Shown here in pieces: positions 28,838 to 32,000 of a stretch of 32,000 nucleotides of DNA. The stretch is from Bacillus subtilis subsp. subtilis str. 168 (GTDB lineage: Bacteria; Bacillota; Bacilli; Bacillales; Bacillaceae): the NCBI RefSeq assembly GCF_000009045.1, contig NC_000964.3, positions 1,140,001-1,172,000 of the forward strand. Direction: 5' to 3'. The position numbers were made by a program, and so were the translations under genes. The notes under the pieces were generated by a model. That model was not told the DNA's origin and ran no database searches. It worked only from the letters and a program-made list of their open reading frames with translations. Within the stretch, counting starts at the first letter, position 1; every line of letters begins with the position of its first letter.

Positions 28838-29042
28838 GTGATGACATCCTTTGCTGCCCGAAAAACAGAGGCTTCCGGGTTCAATTTAATAGATCGTTAA
28901 GGAAATTGATACATATAGTAAATCGTGAAGAGCCTTTTCTTGGTACAGCAGCCCGCTTGTTTTGTAAGCATAAATGGAAAGCTTCCTATACGTCAAGGCG
29001 TTTACAGGCCGAAAAAGCCAAAGGGAACAGGAGGAATGCGGA

Positions 29043-29849
29043 ATGGGGCATTACATCAAAACCGAGGAGCATGTGACACTGTTTGTAGAGGATATCGGAC
29101 ATGGAAGGCCGATCATCTTTTTGCACGGGTGGCCGTTGAATCATAAGATGTTTGAATATCAAATGAATGAGCTTCCGAAAAGGGGATTTCGTTTTATCGG
29201 CGTTGATTTGCGGGGATATGGGCAATCTGACCGCCCTTGGGAAGGCTACGATTATGACACGATGGCCGATGATGTGAAAGCAGTCATTTATACGCTGCAG
29301 CTTGAGAATGCGATTCTTGCCGGTTTTTCAATGGGCGGCGCAATTGCAATCCGTTATATGGCAAGGCATGAAGGAGCCGATGTTGATAAGCTGATTTTAC
29401 TGTCTGCGGCGGCCCCCGCGTTTACAAAACGCCCGGGTTATCCGTACGGGATGAGGAAGCAGGATATTGACGATATGATTGAATTGTTCAAAGCTGATCG
29501 GCCCAAAACACTGGCTGATTTAGGGAAACAGTTTTTTGAGAAAAAAGTGTCTCCAGAGCTTAGGCAGTGGTTTCTCAATCTGATGCTGGAGGCTTCCTCC
29601 TACGGGACGATCCACTCGGGCATCGCATTAAGAGACGAAGATCTCAGAAAGGAACTTGCTGCAATCAAGGTGCCGACGCTGATCCTGCACGGGAGAAAGG
29701 ATAGAATTGCGCCGTTTGATTTTGCGAAAGAATTGAAGCGCGGCATCAAACAGTCGGAATTGGTTCCGTTTGCAAACAGCGGGCACGGAGCATTTTATGA
29801 GGAAAAAGAGAAGATCAACAGTTTGATTGCGCAGTTCTCCAACTCATAA
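29043..29849 (+). CDS. yisY: Alpha/beta hydrolase YisY
   Basis: 268 aa; IIFLHGWPLNHKMFEYQ, GFSMGGAIAI nucleophile elbow, C-terminal NSGHGAFYEE; ATG at 29043 follows AGGAGG. Confidence 0.92.
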   Translation: MGHYIKTEEHVTLFVEDIGHGRPIIFLHGWPLNHKMFEYQMNELPKRGFRFIGVDLRGYGQSDRPWEGYDYDTMADDVKAVIYTLQLENAILAGFSMGGAIAIRYMARHEGADVDKLILLSAAAPAFTKRPGYPYGMRKQDIDDMIELFKADRPKTLADLGKQFFEKKVSPELRQWFLNLMLEASSYGTIHSGIALRDEDLRKELAAIKVPTLILHGRKDRIAPFDFAKELKRGIKQSELVPFANSGHGAFYEEKEKINSLIAQFSNS

Positions 29850-29850
29850 G

Positions 29851-29878
29851 AAAAAACCCGACATTGATCGGGTTTTTT
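29851..29878. terminator. Bidirectional terminator between yisY and yisZ
   Basis: AAAAAACCCG-ACATTGAT-CGGGTTTTTT. Confidence 0.87.
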
Positions 29879-30476
29879 ATATAATTCCTCTGTTTTGCAG
29901 TGCGTTAATGATGAGATCAGCTCCATCGGAAATAGAGGTCTGGTCAGACTCAATGATGAAATCGGGTGAAAGCGGCGCTTCATACGGAGAATCGATCCCG
30001 GTGAAATGTTTGATCTCTCCGTTTCGCGCTTTTTTATAAAGCCCTTTTGGATCGCGCTGTTCACAAACATGCAGCGGGCACTTCACATAAATTTCGAAGA
30101 ACTCACCTTTAGGAAAGAGCGCTCTAACCATGTCCCGATCCTCTCTGAATGGAGAAATAAAAGCCGTTAAAATCATTTGCCCGCTGTCGACAAACAGCTT
30201 CGCCACTTCTCCGATCCGGCGGATGTTTTCAATCCTGTCACCAGTCTGAAATCCAAGATCTTTGTTTAAGCCGTGGCGGATATTATCACCGTCAAGCACG
30301 TAGCTCTGAATGCCCTTGCGGTAAAGCTTTTCATCGACAGCATTGGCCAGCACCGATTTTCCGGAGCCGGACAAACCTGTAAACCAAAGGACGCAGCTTT
30401 TGTGTCCGTTTAAGGACTGTCTGTCAGACTTTGAGATGGCAGCGGGATGCCAAATGATGTTCGGATTGTGTGTCAT
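29877..30476 (-). CDS. yisZ: Adenylylsulfate (APS) kinase YisZ
   Basis: 199 aa; [21 protein letters not shown]-loop, [30 protein letters not shown]; 4-bp overlap with yitA. Confidence 0.95.
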   Translation of the reverse strand: MTHNPNIIWHPAAISKSDRQSLNGHKSCVLWFTGLSGSGKSVLANAVDEKLYRKGIQSYVLDGDNIRHGLNKDLGFQTGDRIENIRRIGEVAKLFVDSGQMILTAFISPFREDRDMVRALFPKGEFFEIYVKCPLHVCEQRDPKGLYKKARNGEIKHFTGIDSPYEAPLSPDFIIESDQTSISDGADLIINALQNRGII

Positions 30477-31651
30477 TGCAATTCCCCGCTGTTTTGCTTG
30501 ATGGCAACAGGCTGTTGGTGAAGTCCCTTGATCAGCACGGCTGCGACCTCAGGCCGGCTGAATTCTTTAGGCGGCTTTTTGCCTTGGCGGAGAAGCTCTC
30601 TCACTTTTGTGCCTGATAAGTGGATGTGGTCTCTCGGGCTGTGCGGACATGTTTTGGAGGTGCCCATGTTTCCGCATTTTCGGCAATAAAAGCTGTGCTC
30701 AAAAAACAGCGGCTTGATGCCCAGCTCTTCCTCTGTGAATGATTGAAAAATATTTTGGGCGTCGTATGTTCCATAGTAGCTGCCGACACCCGCGTGATCA
30801 CGGCCTACAATAAAATGGGTACAGCCGTAATTTTTTCGGACGAGCGCATGGAAAATCGCTTCCCGCGGACCTGCATAACGCATGGCGGCAGGGAAAACCG
30901 ATAACATGACACGATCCTTTGGATAATAGTGATTAAGCAAAGCCTGGTAGCTCTCCATTCTGATATCGCTGGGGATATCGTCTGACTTTGTTTCTCCGAC
31001 AAGTGGGTGAAGCAGCAGACCGTCGACCGTTTCTAACGCTGTTTTTTGAATGTATTCATGCGCTCTGTGAACAGGGTTCCTGGTTTGAAAGCCGACAATC
31101 GTCTTCCAGCCGAGTTTTTGAAAGGCCGCTCTTGTTTCAGCGGGCGTTGCATAAAACTGTTCGAAAGATTTGTCAGGCAGGCTGCTGACCGTGATAGGCC
31201 CTCCGATATAGTAATCCGGGCGCGCCAGCAATTTTTTTACGCCTGGGTGGGCAGGATCGTTTGTTTTAAAAACAGACAGTGCTTCTTGTGTTTTATCAGG
31301 CTGGTATATATCGGTGACTGTGATCATGCCGTAGGTAACACCGTCTTTCACAAGCTTGACGTGATCTCCGGCAGACAGCTGTCTTGCTGTTTTTTCTCCG
31401 ACAGGCAGCGTAATCGGCAGGCTCCACGGCAAGCCGTTTGCCAGCCTCATCTCTTTCACAACGGAATGATAATCTTTTTCTCCCAAAAAACCTGTTAACG
31501 GGCTGTAGCCGCCGATCGCAATAAGCTCCAGATCACTCAGTGCAAGCTGATCCAGCTCTGCTTGGCACGCGCACCCTTCAAAATGGCATGCGGGATCACA
31601 GCGGTTGATTAATACCCCTCCGTGGGGTTCGTTTCCATTCAACGTGTTCAA
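30473..31651 (-). CDS. yitA: Sulfate adenylyltransferase (ATP sulfurylase) YitA
   Basis: 392 aa; [47 protein letters not shown]-like C-terminus. Confidence 0.95.
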   Translation of the reverse strand: MNTLNGNEPHGGVLINRCDPACHFEGCACQAELDQLALSDLELIAIGGYSPLTGFLGEKDYHSVVKEMRLANGLPWSLPITLPVGEKTARQLSAGDHVKLVKDGVTYGMITVTDIYQPDKTQEALSVFKTNDPAHPGVKKLLARPDYYIGGPITVSSLPDKSFEQFYATPAETRAAFQKLGWKTIVGFQTRNPVHRAHEYIQKTALETVDGLLLHPLVGETKSDDIPSDIRMESYQALLNHYYPKDRVMLSVFPAAMRYAGPREAIFHALVRKNYGCTHFIVGRDHAGVGSYYGTYDAQNIFQSFTEEELGIKPLFFEHSFYCRKCGNMGTSKTCPHSPRDHIHLSGTKVRELLRQGKKPPKEFSRPEVAAVLIKGLHQQPVAIKQNSGELQ

Positions 31652-31754
31652 CCTCCATTTATACGTTTCCTTGTTTTCTTTTCTGCACTTAATGAAAGTT
31701 TGACATCAGCGCCTTAACATCATTTCGATTCTCACATCAAGAACCTGCCATCCG

Positions 31755-32000
31755 CTATTCTTGATGCAGGCCGCATTCTGTTTTCTCCCGTCCGGCCCAT
31801 CTTCCAGCCCTCTCATCGTTCGGGTCCGGGGAAGGCAGTGTACACATTTCACAGCCTATGCTCGGATAATGTTGATCGTGCAGTTTGTTATAAGGCAAAT
31901 TGTGCAGGCGGATGTACGTCCAAACGTCATCCCATGTCCAGTGGATAAGCGGGCAAATTTTGATGAGCTCAAACTTCTGGTCCAGGTTTACGTATTGAAT
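31755..32000 (-). CDS. yitB: C-terminal part of phosphoadenylylsulfate (PAPS) reductase YitB; 5' end outside the window
   Basis: Manual translation of 82 codons to a TAG stop: [81 protein letters not shown]; conserved ECGLH motif. Confidence 0.93.
   Translation of the reverse strand: MQYVNLDQKFELIKICPLIHWTWDDVWTYIRLHNLPYNKLHDQHYPSIGCEMCTLPSPDPNDERAGRWAGREKTECGLHQE

Noticed and set aside
28974-29042. N-terminal extension of yisY (MESFLYVKAFTGRKSQREQEECG)
   Set aside because: The AGGAGG RBS sits inside this stretch and the alpha/beta-hydrolase fold starts after the ATG at 29043.
1-32000. Search for CRISPR arrays, toxin-antitoxin pairs, phage, transposase or restriction/defence modules
   Set aside because: No regularly spaced direct repeats, integrase/transposase-like ORFs, tRNA-flanked insertion or defence-type gene clusters were seen. 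The gene order is consistent with conserved B. subtilis core chromosome.

Overview
This 32 kb window matches the Bacillus subtilis addA–yitB chromosomal segment in gene order and protein sequence. The recognised order is addA(partial)-sbcD-sbcC-hlpB(yisB) > < gerPF-PE-PD-PC-PB-PA, < yisI, < yisJ, yisK > yisL > wprA > < yisN, asnO > < yizA, yisP > < yisQ, yisR > degA/iolQ > iolX(yisS) > < yisT < yisU, yisV > < yisX, yisY > < yisZ < yitA < yitB(partial). I saw no prophage, transposon, CRISPR array, tRNA or rRNA, and nothing that looks like a wholly new multi-gene system. This is ordinary core chromosome of a Bacillus, and gene names are assigned from recall of the families and the synteny, not from a database search. 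The points worth a second look are small. They are: an inverted repeat plus direct repeats over a consensus-like promoter in the yisU/yisV divergent region; a degenerate CotH-kinase paralog (yisJ); a phytoene-synthase-like protein without its Asp-rich motifs (yisP); two 18-bp LacI-type operators flanking a terminator-like hairpin ahead of iolX; a structured gap between gerPA and yisI; and an HNH protein attached to the addAB/sbcDC nuclease cluster.
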